From positions 124,001 to 188,000 of the forward strand of contig MU008164.1 in assembly GCA_010909165.1 (NCBI GenBank): a stretch of 64,000 nucleotides of DNA, in the 5' to 3' direction. The position numbers and the translations under genes were made by a program. The stretch's first letter is position 1; each line of letters opens with the position of its first letter. Positions 61,358-64,000 of this stretch are shown one piece after another. The notes beneath the pieces are model-generated. The model had not been told where the DNA came from, made no database searches, and worked only from the letters and a program-made list of their open reading frames with translations. Source of the stretch: Anthoceros angustus (lineage: Eukaryota > Plantae > Anthocerotophyta).

Positions 61358-62044
61358 GGAAAGGCCATGCCCAGACAAGACATCAATCGATCTATGTATA
61401 TGATGTGTGTCTGTTACCTTGCAGAATGATACAGTAGAAGTCACCAGAAACGTGCAGAAAACCTCACAGCAATAAAAGAGGTTCACCAGCAGATCGAACC
61501 AAGATAAAGGTTCTTTGATTACATTAAATTGCACATCAGGATCAGCCTGACTCTCCACAATCTCCAGTAATTTCTGAACCCGTTCGGCAGGCGCATTTTC
61601 TCCAAAAATGTTCAGACTCTTCAGGAAGTCCTTCAGATCTTGAACTCCGCTGCAGTCACATCTTGCAAAATCTCCAAAGAAAGAAACTGCATTACAGAGG
61701 AGAAACTTTGGCCCCAGCCAAGGACTCGTGGATTTGACATAGTTGTAGTAGCTGGCATACAGGAGTCTAAGTCACGAGCTTGCTACTCGAGCTGGGACTG
61801 AAGGGAAGAGTAAGAAGGCATTTTACTTCCTCCATCCTGATCATGTCCACTGTGTGCATGATACTAGCTAGCGCTGTAGTTGAAGTCCATCATGCGTCTA
61901 CAGGCATTTGCTTCTAGAGTGACGAAATCAGAGGTGTTGAATCTCAATTTCAGGGCTAGATGTGCTGGAGCTACTGCACAGAGATGGGTGGAGACTTTGC
62001 GAGGATATGCAGTCATATGAAGCATCGACATCATCGTGAGCATT

Positions 62045-62590
62045 CTATGGTTGCAGATCATGGCGGACATGATCCGATTGGAAGGAGGCAACCGAGACCC
62101 AGTGACGCCAGACGGTTTGCGACTCCTTCCAGACTTCCCTCATTTCGGGACGCTCTCGGGATCTGGAGGCCAAGCACCTGACAGCCAGAGCGCCAACACA
62201 CTCTCTGTAAGCCTTCCCGCTGTCTAAACAAAATGTGTCCGGCAACACAGGGTCGATCAGTTCTTCCCACCCCACCGCCCCCGCCCTCGTCCCCCTTGTC
62301 CACTGCAGAAAGTGCCAGGTTCGCGAAGCTAGTCTTGTCATACCCTCTCCCAACATCAACAGCAGGCTTTGCTGAGATGAGTTCCAGTAGAACCACGCCC
62401 AAGCTGTAGACATCACTCCTGGGAGTGAGCTGGAAGGTGGCATAACTAGTACTCAGGATCAATGTAGCCAATGGTGCCTTGGATGGCGACTGTGAAAACA
62501 TGAGTGGCTGCCTTGCTAGGAGCCAGATTGGAGGTGCCGAAATCTGCCACCTTCGCATTCAGGTCATGGTCGAGGAGAATATTGAAGAAT
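62045..62590 (-). pseudogene. Receptor-like kinase domain relic (WAK/WAKL-like)
   Basis: [18 protein letters not shown]...[11 protein letters not shown], frameshift, TFQLTPRSDVYSLGVVLLELISAKPAVD, then LAVRCLA...ERPEMREV. The N-lobe is missing. Confidence 0.85.
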
Positions 62591-63027
62591 TGCGGTGAAT
62601 TCCTTGTCCTCACAGGCAAGGGTGAGTGCTGGCTGGGTACTTCCTATGCTGGTTCCTGTTCTGCACGGACTGTCTTACCTGCCAGTCTTACCTGCTTCCT
62701 GACATGAGATCTCCGTCTTCTTGCAAAAGGAGTCAATTGTCGTAGGCTACTGGGGAGCAGACGAAGAAGAAGAATTTTATTTAAGCCTACGTCTTTAACT
62801 AGTCTTGGAGATTGCTTTGAGCCTTTCTGAGAGCATCCGCTCGCAAGCGCATCGTTGTAGATGGTTCTGATGTGTAGCTAGCGGATCTGCCCCGTCTCTC
62901 TTCCTCATCTGTTGACCTACCGACGTTCCTCGTTTGTACATGGGTTTCTTTGGTCAGTTTGATACGTGCCTGTGAACTTCAACAGACGTCTTCCGTCTTT
63001 TAGCTTCACCCAGCAGGCCTGGCTACC

Positions 63028-64000
63028 TCATTGCCGGTCGTTGCAAGAGCATGAACCGCATGAGAATCGGTGTACTCGGTTTGCGTCTCTAACTATAATT
63101 TCGCGCTTCTCGAGACGTGAGGTTATCTTGATGCTACTGTGGCAGTAGTTGCACATGCGAAGGTTTTTGGTGACCAACAAAGTGGTGCCATCGGGGGTGT
63201 TGAGAAGACCAAAGGCTATGGCCAGTCTTTCTGCGTGTCCACAGACGACATCTTCCTTCTCACGCTCGCGCATGGGCTTCAGACCCAGCTGTGTCCGTGG
63301 GATATGGCCTCCTTCGTCCACCAACCTGGTACTCACGCTCGACAACATGCCAGACGAGACGTCAGATTTCTCCTCTCCTACTATGAACTCGTGCACCTTG
63401 TTCTTCACTTCGATGCATGCCCTGGCTGGCTTCTTCCAAGCAAGTGCAGACCTTCTCAGACTCTCGGTTTGCTCCACATCCTCCCACCGGCCAGCTTTTG
63501 CGTAGATGTTGCCCAAGAGGATATAGGCCGATGCTTTCTTAGGTACCATTTTCACGATGCGGTCGAAGCATCTTCTTCCTCGACCTGCATCATTGTGGGT
63601 TTTGCAGGCACTGAGCAGCGATGTCCAGCCCACGACGTTATCATGGAGCGGCATAGTGTGCAGCACCTGTTCTGCCTCATCCAGACAGCCTGCCCGTCCA
63701 AGGAGGTCCACCAGACAGTTGTAGTGATGGTCGGTGGGCTCAATGCCATGCGCTTTTACCATCCTGAAAAACTGCCAGCCCTCATCCACCAGCCCTGCAT
63801 GACTGCATGCCACAAGCAGACTGATGAAAGTGCTACCATCAGGCTCCACGCCTTCCTGCTGCATCTCTACGAAACACTGCCTTGCCCTCTCCATATCGCC
63901 ATTTTCAGCATACCCACTAAGGAGAGCATTCCATGTCACAAGGCTCTTGACAGGCATTCTGTCGAACACTCCGCGAGCCTCCTCCAAGCTCGCACATTTC
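63028..64000 (-). CDS. PPR-E-DYW:KP protein, 5' part beyond the window end
   Basis: P2-L2-S2-E1-E2, KKPARACIEV, GHAERLA, LRMCNYCH, C-terminal CSCNDRQ. Confidence 0.93.
   Translation of the reverse strand, partial: KCASLEEARGVFDRMPVKSLVTWNALLSGYAENGDMERARQCFVEMQQEGVEPDGSTFISLLVACSHAGLVDEGWQFFRMVKAHGIEPTDHHYNCLVDLLGRAGCLDEAEQVLHTMPLHDNVVGWTSLLSACKTHNDAGRGRRCFDRIVKMVPKKASAYILLGNIYAKAGRWEDVEQTESLRRSALAWKKPARACIEVKNKVHEFIVGEEKSDVSSGMLSSVSTRLVDEGGHIPRTQLGLKPMREREKEDVVCGHAERLAIAFGLLNTPDGTTLLVTKNLRMCNYCHSSIKITSRLEKREIIVRDANRVHRFSCGSCSCNDRQ

Overview
Gene-dense nuclear DNA from an early-diverging land plant, most likely a hornwort. This is inferred from the KP/DRH-type PPR-DYW genes and the compact, intron-poor genes; a fern or lycophyte is not excluded. 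Intact genes: a bacterial-type erythromycin-esterase-family gene with one spliceosomal intron (15.3-16.9 kb), a 4-exon transmembrane RING-H2 E3 ligase (32.5-34.5 kb), a ycf45-like ATPase, the plastid DEAD-box helicase RH3, a saccharopine-dehydrogenase-like oxidoreductase, and three DYW:KP PPR proteins of the candidate U-to-C editing class (one cut off by the window end). One of the PPR proteins carries an OSB-type PDF motif at its N-terminus. The RING gene has two RING-less paralogues with open spliced frames and two relic copies. The rest is decayed: a Ty1/copia element, a split DExH6/YTHDC2-like helicase pseudogene, a LINE, an orphan tRNA-Met PBS, a ParB-like pseudogene, a CACTA-like repeat-rich element, a foldback element, a MITE, a kinase relic and several tandem duplications, some of which may be assembly or polishing artefacts. 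No rRNA, tRNA or CRISPR array was seen. All protein-family calls come from motif recognition, not database searches.
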